Positions 39,290 through 52,810 of a DNA stretch of 64,000 bases are shown here, piece by piece. The stretch lies in the NCBI RefSeq assembly GCF_006345805.1, contig NC_043003.1:68820001-68884000 (forward strand), given 5' to 3'. The DNA comes from Octopus sinensis (lineage: Eukaryota). Made by a program: the position numbers and the translations under genes. The stretch's first letter is position 1, and the number at the start of each line of letters is the position of its first letter. The notes under the pieces were generated by a model. It saw only the letters and a list, made by a program, of their open reading frames with translations, made no database searches and had not been told where the DNA came from.

Positions 39290-39880
39290 CTAAAGGTACA
39301 AAGCCTGAACATTTCGAACGGAATGAACTAGTGGATCAAATTGACTCCGGTTCTCAACTGTTATTTATTTTATCCACCTTAATAGGATGAAAGGCAGGGA
39401 TTACCTCGGCGAAATTTCCACTCAGATCATAAAATCCGGAAGAAAATGCCGCTAAGCATTGTTTTTCCGAACCACGATCAATTCTGTCTCTATAGTAAGA
39501 AGTCTTTGTAATTTCGGCTCAAGACCAGCAATTTTGGTGGGGGTGCGTTAGTGGAATACATCGACGCCCGCACGTGATTAGTTCTTTGCTTTATCGAGCC
39601 CGAAAGGATGAAAAGCATAGTTACCCTCGGCGGAATTTGAACTCAGAGCGTAAAGAATCGGAAGAAATGAAGCTTAGCAATTAATCAGAATTAGTCCGAT
39701 ATTCCTGCCAATCTATAACGGTAAATTGTTTCTAATTTATGCACAAGGCCAGCAGTTTTGACGGGAAGGGAGAGCCAATTATGTTCACATCGGAACTTGG
39801 GTGGTAATATAATTTATCGACCTTCTAAGCATTCAAGAATGATCTTGGTGACATTTCAACCTGAGACTTGCGGAGACGTA
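39290..39880 (-). mobile_element. Cluster of three decayed SINE A copies on the minus strand
   Basis: Repeated GGATGAAA..CCTCGGCG(G/A)AATTT and ATCGA..CCGAAAGG landmarks. Confidence 0.65.
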
Positions 39881-39956
39881 ACAAAAGCCGATATGATTAC
39901 AAGTGTTTGTTTTTTTACTCAAGAGCCGAAAAATCCACTCAGTACTCGATCCATTT

Positions 39957-40395
39957 AAGGCGGTGAGCTGGCAGAAGCGTTACCACGGTGGGCGAAATGC
40001 TTAGCAGTATTTCGTCTACTTTTACGTTCTGAGTTCGAATCCCGCTGAGGTAGACTTTGTCTTTCATCCTTTCCTGGATCGATAAATTAAGTACCAGTTG
40101 CGTACAGGGGTCGATCTAATCGACTGGCTCCATCCCGCAATATTTCGGACCTTGTGCCTAGAGTACAAAACAAATTTGTTTATTTTCCAAGGCGGCGAGC
40201 TGCCAGAAACGTTAGCACGCCGGGCGAAATGTTTAGCAGTCTTTACCTTCTGAGTTCAAATTCCGCCGAGGTCGATTTGACCTTTCATCCTTTTAGGGGT
40301 CGATAAATTAAGTACCAGTTGTGTATTTGGGTCGATCTAATCGAATTCCCCGCCTCCCACAAAATTTCGGGCCTGGTGTCTAGAGTAGAAAAGAA
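39957..40395 (+). mobile_element. Two tandem SINE family A copies
   Basis: Heads at ~39957 and ~40190, each ending GTG(C/T)CTAGAGTA(C/G)AAAA. Confidence 0.85.
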
Positions 40396-40919
40396 TAGTA
40401 CTCTTTTTGTACTTCAAGTTTATCGGCCTTGGTTGAATGAAAGTCAAAGTTGATCTCGGAGGAGTCTGAATTCCGAACATAAAGTGTTGGAAGAAATACT
40501 ACTTAGTACTATAATAATGGTACTACTAATAATACCGAAGAAATGGTGGAAAATGAAAGCTGTCAGGTCCAGGCAGGAGTTATGGAGAGAGTGAGGGAGA
40601 CAAAGGTGGCAACTACTCCTGCGGTTATTGGTGCATTTAGTAGAAATATCCAAACACTGCGGTAGAGGCAGGGGGATATTGTAATTGAGATTAGCCACGT
40701 CACTCTGCAGAATAGTACCATCGTATATTTCAGAATCCTAAGAAAGATTCTTGAGATACAAAACAGAGTAACAACAACAGCAGCACTGCCGCCACCACCA
40801 CCACCACCAACAACAACAATAGCAGTAACAATAACAAAAGTATCAACAATAGCAACAACAACAATAATTACTATAAGCATAAACTTACTACATGCATGCT
40901 AAATATATGTATAAAGGTA

Positions 40920-40920
40920 A

Positions 40921-40971
<51 letters not shown>

Positions 40972-41040
40972 GTCGGACGGACGGTCGGACGGATGGTTCG
41001 GATGGATGAATGGACAGACGGACGAATGGATGGATGGATG

Positions 41041-41125
<85 letters not shown>
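40920..41125. repeat. Compound (CAGA)n/(GGAC)n/(GGAT)n/(TAGA)n tetranucleotide array
   Basis: Direct inspection. Confidence 0.95.
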
Positions 41126-41385
41126 GTATTGGCTTTGCTCTGTTGGAAGATGTCTGCTTCCCAGGCACATCGTTTCGGGTTCAGTCCCACTGCTTGGTAC
41201 CTTGGGCAAGTGTCCAAAAGTCTTCTATTATAGACGCTTGACAACCTTATGTTTACGCCTTTATGTCGCCGTAACCTAGCGGTTCGAAAATAGAAATCGA
41301 TAGAAACCAGGCTTTATAAAATATGTCCTGGGGTCGATTCATTCGACTAAAGATTCTAATGTCTAAAACAAGTGAAGGATAAAAG

Positions 41386-41416
<31 letters not shown>

Positions 41417-41440
41417 TGTATGTATGTATGTATGTATGTA

Positions 41441-41471
<31 letters not shown>

Positions 41472-42021
41472 ATGTATGCGTGCATAACGGCACAGTCTTC
41501 ATCTGTATCCCTTTATCTATAATTACACTTCTAATTCTTCATCTTCCCATACGAATATGTCTTCTGCCATTTATCAGTTGAAATATTCTTAACTCCAAAG
41601 TTTACTGTGCCTCAACGGATCATAATAATGATTACATAGACGTAGGTAAAGCTTTATTGCTATCAAATCATAGCTATTACATAGGGAAAAGCAGAAGCTG
41701 TTTACTGAAAAAGCCGCCATTTGCATTTCGTTTTTCATTTCCTGTAATTGTGTTTACTTTAGCCGTACAAAATACAATATACGTATATCAATAGTTTTAT
41801 TTTAAGTATAATTGCTTCTGCTTTAAGATATTTTGACATTGATAATGTTATAATGTGTGCGTGTTTTGAAATTTATATTATTTCAGATACTACAGGATAA
41901 AATTACTGAGTATTAAGACAGCGCTTATAATGAAAATGTTTGCTGGGAGTCATCAGTTACGTAGCAATTTAATCGACACGAAATAGGAAACGGAAGAGAA
42001 AAATGAATAAACAACCGTATC

Positions 42022-42107
<86 letters not shown>

Positions 42108-42652
42108 GCTATGATTGCGCTCTTGAGTTGACAAAAATTTCTTGGAACTAATTAAAAATAGAATAAGTGGCTGGATAGGATATAACAGTAGTGAGAGTTC
42201 TGGGAGGAAAGTCGAGTAAATTAATGGGTTTGACTATAAAGTGTGATTTTGTGTATAACAACTATTATAGTAACTTTTACAGTTTTTCCAGACATATCTG
42301 CTGTCTTTAGTACATTAGTGAATTTCGTTTATTTTTAAGAGAAAAATTGGGTTTTAGGCAATTATCGTTATCGCAAACTTAGATACATACAAAAGGACAC
42401 ACAAACACGCACATACATACACGCATGCACACACACCGACACATAGACCCCCTCCTTCCTACACACACACGTATCTGTATACATAGATATATACATATAT
42501 GTTTAGTTTATGGCAATTATTTATGCATGTGTGTGTGTATTATATATCAAAGAACACATACGAACATGCACATACAAACAAATATATACATACATACATA
42601 CATACATATATATATATATTATATATATATATATATATTATATATATATATG

Positions 42653-42766
<114 letters not shown>

Positions 42767-43189
42767 CATATATATAATAGCTACTTGTGTGTCAGACCTA
42801 ATTTATATACACCTTTGATAGGTAGTTACTGCAATATATATATATATAGCGCATCTGTGTAAGTCTATGTGGTTGTAGGCGTGTAATATTTGTGGCTGAA
42901 TCCTAAGAGAACGTGTAGTGAATGGCTCCAGTTCAAAATAAAGCAAAGGTATTGATTTATTCTATCTAAGCCAAATAAAGAAAGATTAATTCCACGCCCA
43001 CTTAATAAGTAGCGACTGTCCCCAGTAGCCATTACCAATATTCAGAAGGTACAAAACACTTCGATTTAACGTTTATTTCAAGAGAGAAAAGAAGTTGATT
43101 GTCTTGAGTATATTTTAATGACTTTCACACAAGATTGTATTACTGACAAAATAAGATCGCTGTGAAACGGTAAACAGTGGCACAGAGTT

Positions 43190-43760
43190 TCTGTGGAAGT
43201 GTCAGAATCGAGTTACTGGTTCATGTACTGGTTCGTGGTGTGTCTAGGAAAACTGAATAATTGGTTTTGATTCAAATAGAAATCTTTGATGTTGGACTGT
43301 AAAGTCGTTGTTTCTTTCATGAAAACGAGAAACGGTGCAGCAATCTGTGCCGATTCATGCTACATGCATTATGTGTCCCATGTTTCACTCTAATGTTTTA
43401 TGCCTTGCAAACTATCAGGTGTTTCTACTAATCATGCTGTTATGTTGTTATTTTCAGCGTAAGCACTGTGTACATCAAGATATTCCTCTCCGAGTAGTCT
43501 TATACGCAAAGACTACCAGCCATGATCCTCCCGCTGTTTTGTATAACAGAGATTACATTGTTGGCTGTGTTCTTCTTAATTTAGACGGTTCGACGTTATT
43601 TAAAGAAGATTTAGTAACCATATCTAGCAGTTCACGTCACAGCATAGAGCCTCGATCAAAACCTGTTGTCCATCGTCTTGACATTCTCAGCCGTGTCTTG
43701 CAGGCAACTTCCTGTCGTTAGATGAACCTTCTTTTGACAAGCAATTCTACATTCTGGGTC
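43190..43760 (-). pseudogene. Possible very old Tc1-type transposase relic
   Basis: Weak resemblance only (KKNTANNVISVIQNSGRIMAG vs KNTIPTVKHGGGSIMVWG). Confidence 0.25.
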
Positions 43761-44019
43761 ACGTACTCTAGTTATAGAAATGTCATTATGAGCTGGGCAA
43801 TTCTACATTTTTGTTGATGTACCTGGTTGAGTCGAAAGGTTTTTCGATTTTTCACTGTAATGTTTAATAATTTGTATCTCCATCTTATATTATCAATTTG
43901 ATACAGGTTGCTCTCCAATTGTTGTGGAATGGTAGATTCTTAATTTTTCATATATAATATATAATTATCGTTGAATCATTATTTTACAGCTTTGATAATG
44001 AGTGGTGATAAAAATTGCA

Positions 44020-44990
44020 GTTGGAGCCCTTTTTACGCTACCTATAGAAAAAAGACTGAATGCACGGACAGCGGTAAAACAAATTAATGCTGTGAAGACC
44101 CCGGAGCTGTCAACCTATGTGTACTACAAAACTCGTTCAGACGTCTCAAGGAAGGAGACATTTTAGGGAAACTTTTTATCGTAGAAGATGAGGTCTTGCT
44201 GGAAATGTTTGAACAAAAACCAAACACAAGCAATCCTGCGTTGTCTGCAGAACTTGGTCCTTTACAAATCACTATCAATCTCGACACTTCCATAAATTCG
44301 GCCATATAAGCAGATGTTATTGAGAATCTCCTCACCATCTTACCAATGACCAGGCTCAATGATGAGTGAATATTTGAAAAAAACCGCTGTCGAATCCTCG
44401 AGATATCCGTTTCATGCGTCGAAGTGCAAGGGGGAAATGAAAAATGGATTTAGCTTCGCAATTCTAATAACAGAAATCAGTGGCTTTGTTGCAGCCATGC
44501 TACAGGGCCTATTGTCAAAGAAGAGTGATTTGAACAGGTCATGTTGTGTGTTCGCTGGAACTTCGTGGGGCTATTATACTTTGAGCTTGTCCTAGATAAT
44601 CATTCCGGGAACTCTAACACTTATGCTCAACAACTGCAGCGAGTATATGAGGTTTTGAAAACACACCACTCGGCATTGGTCAATCGAAGAAGCGCACTCC
44701 TAAGGTATAATAAAGCCCCTAAACACACTGCCAATGAAACCAAGCGCAGACTTGAAGAACTCGGGGAGCTGGAAGTGTTCCCTCGCCCTGCCAACAGTTC
44801 AGACCTTGCACCATCAGATTATCACATTTTTGAAGCCATGGATCATTTCCAGCATGGACAGAGTTTCAACAATGTGGATGAATTTAAGAACGGATGCAGG
44901 AAGGTTTTTTTTTTACCTCTAAACTGGTCAAATAGTATAAGTGTGCGATTAAGCTTCTGCATAACGATGGCAACAGACTATAGAATATGG
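44020..44990 (+). pseudogene. Decayed mariner (DD34D) transposase
   Basis: WNFVGLLYFEL..NSNTYAQQLQR..LLRYNKAPKHTA..FPRPANSSDLAPSDYHIF (YSPDLAPxD motif). Many frameshifts. Confidence 0.85.
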
Positions 44991-45549
44991 TGGAATATAT
45001 TTCAATTAATAAACGATTTTCGTATGTAATATGTTTGAACTATTAATGAAAGCTGGAAATACCCTGGTAATATATTTCTTCTTTTGTAGCGAGAGTACGA
45101 TGTTGGCCTCGAGTTGGAATGCGAAGATCTTTTCCTTTCCATGTTGTTACTGCTGCTGTTTATAGTTCAGTCGGCTATGATTCAGTAGGAAAAAAGTTCC
45201 AACTCTGACCATCCTGCTTTTCGCTTAGACAATACATCGCTATTACATTTGTTCGGCATTAAGTTTTTATTTTAAGGAGTTATAGCATTCCCCGATTTAT
45301 TTTATATTAATTGCAGTTTTTCCTCTGATAAATTTATATTAAGTAATCTAGTGAGACCGCCATGTATTGTCACCACAGCAATCCATTCAACACTTAACAC
45401 CCAAAGTTTTCTGTAAAGACACGGAGCAGCTTTATGTTTTCATAATTTGTTGGTAGATTTCTTTTTCGGGTTCGACATGGCACTAATGCATAACTCTTGG
45501 GAGGATTACTTTTCTTGTTACCGGCAATACGGTAGAATGAAGTTGAACA

Positions 45550-45950
45550 CGCACTGTCAATTAGCTCTTCTTCACAAAGGTGAATGAAACGTATAACAAT
45601 GCTCTCAATGCCAGAGAAGCAAGGTCTGTGCAATTGCTCGACTTGACAGTAATTACATGCAAATCTTCCTCCAATAGAAACTAGATCCTACAAGAAATCC
45701 AACTAAATTTTCTTCAAATACTAACCTACAACAAACTAGTTTGAGGCCGAATGGCCGCACCGACCGGCATGGACCTTAACAAATAATTGGGGACACATAT
45801 TTTTCAAATACTGGCCAAATTCTTCAAATGTAGTCAAGCAATACAGAGTTAACTAATACTGGATACATATAAGAGAGGAAGACATGATGAGCATGGTTAG
45901 AATTATGGTCAAACGATATATTCCTGATGGAGAACAATACCATGTAATAA
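45550..45950 (+). pseudogene. Possible Gypsy-type integrase relic
   Basis: LALLHKG...CSQCQRSK (HHCC-like) and RHGP*QIIGD. Weak. Confidence 0.3.
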
Positions 45951-46733
45951 CAGATTCTACAATTGTGCTCGAAGTAGAATTTAAAACTACTGCAATGGTA
46001 CCTTATAAAATGCGGCCAAAAACACGCAGAAAGAGCAAAATACGCTGTTTACAATCTTAAAATTTGTCGAGTACAGCACAAAATCATTAGAGTAACTTTA
46101 TAAATCTATTAAGTACATGAGAAGTAGCATTAGATTAAAATAGCCATTTATGCCTCATAATTAATGTAAATATATGATAGGTAAACTTTACTGGCATATT
46201 CGTCCGAAGATAATATCTCCTTTGGACGTTCTGTATTTAAAAAGCATAATATGTGTATATCAGAGGGATTCGGAACTCGTCTATGTAGTGACGAAGGGGA
46301 AGGTTAGGTGGAAATCTGCTTAGTCAGGATTTCGTCTAAGCAATATTTGTACCGTCCAAAGTGGGGTGGAATGCACTAACGCTTTCGTTCGCCGCTACTG
46401 GGACGAGTTCCGTCTCCTTCCACCTCCCTCTCTCTCGCCCTGCCTTTCTCTCACTCTTTCTTTCTCTCTCTCTCCCTTCTCTTGCTGATATATACAAATT
46501 GTGTCTTTAACTACAGCGCATCTATAAGAGGTACTTTCACGGATGAACGCTGCTGTAAATGTTGCCTATAACGCTGTTTATATATTATTTTATACAACTA
46601 AAATATTGGGGCATCCCATAAATGACGCGGTTTTTTCAATTGCATGCACTAAAAGTCGTGGGGGCGGGATAGTCTACCTGCATCAACTTGCTATGAAAGC
46701 AGGTAGTAATTTTACCTTGTTATTATTCTTGAA

Positions 46734-47050
46734 GGCGTATAGCTCAGTGATTAGAGCGTCGAGGTTGTGAGTTCGATGCCCGGACCGGGCTGCGTCTTGT
46801 GTTCTTGAGCAAGACACTTTATTTCAGGTTGCTCCTGTTAACTCAGCTATAGAAATGAGATGCGACATCACTGGTGCCAAGCTGTATTAGCCTTTGCATT
46901 TCCCTTTGATTAAATCAATGGTGTTGAGAATTGAGGCTGGTATGCATGGGTGGCTGCTGGTCTTCAACAAACAACATTGCCCGGACTTGTACCTCGGAGG
47001 GTAACTTTCTAGGTGCAATCCCATGGTCATTCATGATCAAAGGGGGTCTC
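46734..47050 (+). mobile_element. tRNA-derived SINE (family C)
   Basis: A box GGCGTATAGCTCAGTGATTAGAGCG and B box GAGTTCGATGCCC, followed by a non-tRNA body. Confidence 0.85.
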
Positions 47051-47114
47051 CTCTGTTCTTAATGCAAGTTTTGAAGAGTGCAGTCCGATTTTAAGTTGTT
47101 TTTTCAAAGATATA

Positions 47115-48133
47115 ATGGAGGCGACAAAGGAGCATATTCGGCATATTTTGCTTTATGTGCTCAATAAAGCAACAACGCAATGGAAAGTGCAAGAAATCTT
47201 AATGCAGTATATGGGGATTGGACAATAAGCGTAAGCCAGTGTCAACGATGGCTCCAGAAATTCTCAGCCGGAAACTACAGCCTGGAGGAAAAGCCTCGTT
47301 CTCAAAGATCTGTAGAGCTCGGCGAGGAAGTCCTGCAAAACTCTGATGAAACAAAATACCATCGTAACTGTGGATGAACTAGCAAAGGAGCTTGGATTTG
47401 ATCATTCAACCATTCATGCGTGCCATCGGGAAAGTCAGCAAATTGTGTCAACGGGTTCCTCATAAACTTTCCGAAGCTAATCACGCGCAGAAAGTGAACG
47501 TGTGCTCTTCTTTGTAGTCACGTCTCACGAATGAAACTTTTTGGATCGAATATGACTGGTGACGGGAAATGGGTTCTCTATAAAAATGTCAAGCACCGAA
47601 GACAGTGGGTGAGGAAGGGAGAAACAGCGGCACCCCAGGCTACAGAACGTCTTCGCCCACGTAAGATGTTGGTATCTGTTTGGTGGAATATGAAAGGTTT
47701 AGTCCACTTTAAACTTTTAAACCCAAACCAAACGATAACAAAAGGAGATCAACTGCGAGTAGCTTGCGCGGCTCAAGTCAGCGCTAGACCAAAAACGACC
47801 ATCTTCGGTTTCAAGATGAAAGGTGTTCTTCCATCAGGATAATACTCGGTCACATATAGAGAAGATGACATTCGAATGGCTGGATCGGTTTGCATGGGAA
47901 ACGATGCCCAACCTACTATATTCGCCGGACATTGCCCCGTTTGATTATCATTTACTCTGCAGTCTTCAAAATCATTTGGATGGAAAAATATTAATTCAGT
48001 AGACAAGGTCAGAACAGTACTGAAAAGGTATTTTTCGTCATGGACAAGTGAATTTTGGAAGAGGAGCCTTGCAAGTCTACCTGATAGATGGGAGAGCATT
48101 ATAGAAAATGAAGGAGAATATATTTTAGATTAA
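47115..48133 (+). pseudogene. Near full-length, frameshifted mariner transposase
   Basis: MEATKEHIRHILL..QCQRWLQKFSAGNYSLEEKPRS, MTGDGKWVLY, MLVSVWW, HQDN, YSPDIAPFDY, ending RWESIIENEGEYILD*. Confidence 0.92.
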
Positions 48134-48162
48134 AATAGAACTTTATCTTGATTTTGAAAAAT

Positions 48163-48560
48163 AGGAGTGGCTGTGTGGTAAGTAGCTTGTTTACCAACCA
48201 CATGGTTCCAGGTTCAGTCCCACTGCGTGGCACCTTGGACAAGTATCTTCTACTATAGCCTTGTGAGTCGATTTGGTAGACGGAAACTAAAAGAAGCCCG
48301 TCGTATATATGTATATATATATATATATATGCGCTTGTGTGTTTGTGAGTCTGTGTTTGACCCCCTAGCATTGCTTGACAACCGATGCCGGTGTGTTTAT
48401 GTCCCCGTTACTTAGCGGTTCGGCAAAAGAGACCGATAGAATAAGTACTGGGCTCACAAAAGAATAAGTCCCGGGGTCGAGTTGCTCGATTAAAGGCGGT
48501 GCTCCAGCATGACCGCAGTCAAATGACTGAAACAAGTAAAAGAGTAAAAGAGTAAAGAGT
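48163..48560 (+). mobile_element. SINE family B, full length
   Basis: Closely matches 20623-21018. Confidence 0.9.
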
Positions 48561-49159
48561 ATAAAAAACCCGCATAATTTATGGGATGATGCAATACTTC
48601 TCATTAGCTGTGGCATTCATTTCGCATTAAATCAGACAATATTGGCGGTACCAAAACACTGAACACCTATAACTACAAATGATATTGAATCAAACTCGGC
48701 AGACATTTTGACAAGTGATAGAGTTTATCATAGCATTTAAAAGAAAAACGGCATTCAATATAGATAATTTACAAATGACATTCTGGAAAATATAGAGAAT
48801 GGCACAAGAAATAATCAGACTTTTAAAATAGCAACTAGCAACGCGAAACACACACATATATATGCGTATCTATCTATATATTCTTACATATATAAATGTG
48901 TGTGTGTGTATAAATATATGTTCGCACACACGCATACACGCATACATACACACACACACGCGCGCACACAGAGGCATGGTTGTGGCTGTGATAAGAAATT
49001 TGGTTCCCAGCTACCGACCAAAGCCTTGTGATAAGATTTCGGTAACAGTCTATAAGAAGCCCGTCTTATATATATATACAGAGAGAGAGAGGGGGAAGGG
49101 AGACAGAGACAGACAAACAGACAAAGGGAGCTATAGATAGATAGATAGATAGATAGATT

Positions 49160-49245
<86 letters not shown>

Positions 49246-49949
49246 CAGATAGATAGGTGTCGGCTTTGCTGTATGGGGAGATGTCTGCTTCCCAACTACA
49301 TCGTTTTGGGTTGAACATTTGCTAACCCTTATACACATAATCTAAACGATAAATTGTTATGGATATCGAGTTTCTTTTCTCTTAATAATACTGATTTTAC
49401 TGTTCAAATTGTCTCTTTCGTTTTATTATAAAACTATCTTTTCCGAATTGCAAATTCTGAATATTATAGAATCCCTTTGCATAATTTTGTTTCTGAACAA
49501 TGAAAATCCATGGAAAGAAGTATTGTAAAGTTTTTAATGTTGTTTGATTCGTATTAGTAATATTCCCGAATGTTTCAATATAATCGTATGAAAATATTTT
49601 TAGTAAAATATTTCAAATATATCAGTTATTTTAGTGAACAAATATTTTTATGCATTTAAAGTTCTGTATAAGATTATTCTAAATTTTTCTACTTTCAATT
49701 TTAATAAATTAATAATCCAAATATATATTTTGAATTGTTTTATGTATATAAATACACATTAGTTTTTCATGTGTGTATGCGTCTTGTTTTATGGAAATCC
49801 TTTTTCCATTGTTAGTTGAGACTGAGTAGTTGGAATGATTATTTCAGCTGAAATTGGCAGATAAGGTTTATATATACATATCTAAATAGTATATTCTTTT
49901 ACTTTTCACTGACTTCTTACTTTTCAGCGTTTGATCGCTGCAATATGGC

Positions 49950-49971
49950 AGTCATTTACACTTATAAATCC

Positions 49972-50046
<75 letters not shown>

Positions 50047-50111
50047 TAGATAGATAGATAGATAGATATATAGATAGATAGACAAACAGACAGACAGATA
50101 GACAGACAGAC

Positions 50112-50158
<47 letters not shown>

Positions 50159-50159
50159 C

Positions 50160-50222
<63 letters not shown>

Positions 50223-50330
50223 CATACAAACAGACTGACAGCAGACAGACGTGCAGACAGACAGATATACAGACAGACAGACAGATAGATAAATAGATAG
50301 ATACGTATGTATGTATATTCCTTTATATAT
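49950..50330. repeat. Compound (TA)n-(GA)n-(TAGA)n-(CAGA)n array
   Basis: Direct inspection. Confidence 0.95.
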
Positions 50331-50464
50331 ATACTTGTAAATGTGCGTGTGTGCGCGCATGCGTTCAAATTGCACGTGATGGTAATGTAATCCTTATTCC
50401 ATAGTTCGATTGTCTTGTTCTTCATAACAGAGACATGGCGGTTTCCAAGCAGAACCAACGTATC

Positions 50465-50710
50465 ACCATCGAATTCTTGACGAAGGTGGGATGCAAGTGG
50501 TCCGACATCCACAGAAATTTAGGCTTTTATAAGCAAGTGGAACTCAGTGCCAGATCAATAAGTACAGAATTATGAAGAAGTTTAAAGGTGGTGAAACCAA
50601 CATTGAAACAAACGAAGCAGTTCGAGACCATGGATTGTAATCTCTGACACGAATCGCCAAAGAATGGACGAATTGTTCAACACAAATGGATATCTGGCTT
50701 GTACCACAAG
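50465..50710 (+). pseudogene. Mariner-family transposase N-terminal (HTH) relic
   Basis: MAVSKQNQRITIEFLTKVGCKWSDIHRNL..KKFKGGETNIE..SSRPWIVISDTNRQRMDEL. Confidence 0.6.
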
Positions 50711-51439
50711 ACAGTTAGACGGCTCTGGCTGTTGGAGCTGAAACTAACACGATTCCGTTGGAAGGTAGGTCTCGGGAGGCCACGGGCCAAAACTACCCAC
50801 CCTTCCCCTCCATTGGTCAGTTGAAGCTTAGAACATGTCACGTGACAGTCAGCTGGCGCTGTCTGCTGGAGCCTACCAGCGACTATTTTAGTGAAAATTT
50901 GGCAGGGTGGTTATTCGCCCACTGATATTCATCGACGCTGCATCGAAGGAGCCAAAGAACAAAAAAAAATTAAAGAAAAAGGTAAAAAACGCACTCCACA
51001 TCAGAGCTGAAGACACCTCCGAAAGCTGGGCGGAGGCGAACCGTCGAAAATGTTAGAGGAGTAAGGGCCGAAACCGGACGTGATTCCTCCTAATGATGTC
51101 CTTAGCTACTGGATCTTATAAAGGAGATGTTGAGGTAGCGAACCACGAAACATGGTCACAATTCCCCAAGATATGAAAGTACTGCAAAGCAAGATTGTTG
51201 GCACAATACATTTCAGAAGGTGGTTGATATCGGGTATTGGAATGTGTATGGAAATTGGGTATCTCATTAGGTAACAGAAGGATAGATGTATGGAAGTCTT
51301 CTTTGATCAACTAGAAGCATTTAAAAGCCAGGAAGCCAAGGATCCCTGCTTTTAGATACTTCCAACTAGTGACAGAATATCGTAAGTTAAGAAGTTACAA
51401 TACAAAAATTGTAACCGAACCACAAATTCTCAGCACAGG

Positions 51440-52225
51440 CGCAGGGGTGGCTATGTGGTAAGAAGCTTGCTTCCCAACCACACAGTTCCGGGTTCAGTTC
51501 CACCGCCTGGCAACTTGGGCAAGTGTCTTCTAATATAGTCTGACGCCGTCCAAATCATTGTGTGTGGATTTCGTAGACAGAAACGGTAACAAGCCCATCG
51601 TATCATGTCTATTTTCATACCAACTCTTCTCTCTCTATTTCATATCTTATCTAAAATAACTATTGCTTAACTATCTTCTCACACCGTCTCCGATGAAGGG
51701 ATATATAAAATATCCCGGAAACAGCTGTAATACCTTCTATGTATAACTGTTCTGAAATCTTTCACAGCTTTGGATTTTTATCTTATTCGGTAATTTTTTT
51801 TTATATATACACATGCTGATATAAGACCTATGCTGAACTCCTCATTCGCATAATCACCGAGCCTGGAGCTTAACTATGGTCTGTCCATAGCTCTTACTCA
51901 GCATTACCTGACACCATAGCATTTACTCAGTATTACCCGACGCCAGCATTACCTGTCTTCTTGACACCATTACCTCTCATAACCTATATATTTATGTATG
52001 TATGCATGTATGTATGTATGTATTTGTGCCTGTGTTTGTCCCCGCCGCCACCATCGCTAGACAACCGATGTTGGGGTATTTACGTCCCTATAACATTGCG
52101 GTTCGGAAAAAGAGACTGATAGGCTTACAAAGAAGAAGTCATGGGGATCGATTTGTTCGACTAAATGCGGTACTCCAGCATGGTCGCTGTCAAATGACTG
52201 AAACAAATAAAAGGATGAAAGAGTA
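51440..52225 (+). mobile_element. SINE family B split by insertion(s) at ~51603-51990
   Basis: The 5' half ends AAGCCCATCGTAT at ~51602. The 3' half resumes TGTGTTTGTCCCC at ~52030. Confidence 0.75.
51684..51735 (+). ncRNA. Hammerhead-like motif with U4C core variant
   Basis: CCGATGA(51690)-A-GGGATAT-ATAAA-ATATCCC-G-GAAA-CAGCTG-TA. 7-bp stem II, palindromic ACAGCTGT stem III; stem I decayed. Confidence 0.55.
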
Positions 52226-52249
52226 ATGAGCAAATTTTATTTTTGTTGT

Positions 52250-52810
52250 TGTTTAATACGTGTTGTCTGAGAGAGACTATGCGACATTCGAAGGCTACCT
52301 TCACTGATTTCAAGCCCTTAGCCCCTCTATCTCTTCTTAGTTAGAGCCTGTCGATATCGCAATTACTGTGGAGATTTGCAAGTGGTTAGAATCGTCCGAA
52401 TTTCTTCCACAGTCAAGTATTGCAATTGTTGGAATCAGCTCTGGTACTACAAATGTATTGTGTTATGGAATATTTTCTTCGAAACGGAGAGTTCGAACTG
52501 CCATATTTTCCTTAGTCTGGTGTAATATTCTTGGGTCACTCTATCTTTTTTCACAGTAACTTAGTACGTCGCATTTTCATCGATGCCAATGTACTTTCAG
52601 CATTCTTTGTGTGGGACAGGAGAGATAGTGAGACCATTAAAGCAAAGGTTTTGTGTCTTAGAGTTTAATTTTCTCCGTTCAACAATTAAATAAGAACATT
52701 TCTTCTGGCCAAATTCCATTCTTATGTCAGCTGAAAATGCTGTTATTAATTCCAGCCGTTTGTTTTTATTGTTAACATCTTTAGCATAAATCTTAAGGTC
52801 ATTCACAAAG
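52250..52810 (-). pseudogene. R4-like RT fragment
   Basis: NDLKIYAKD..LELITAFSADIRMEFGQKKCSYL; downstream EYYTRLRKIW..VVPELIPT..DIDRL..GLKSVKVAFECRIVSLRQH. Confidence 0.8.

Noticed and set aside
46734-46800. tRNA gene
   Set aside because: A and B boxes are present, but the anticodon arm is missing and a SINE body follows; it is a SINE head.
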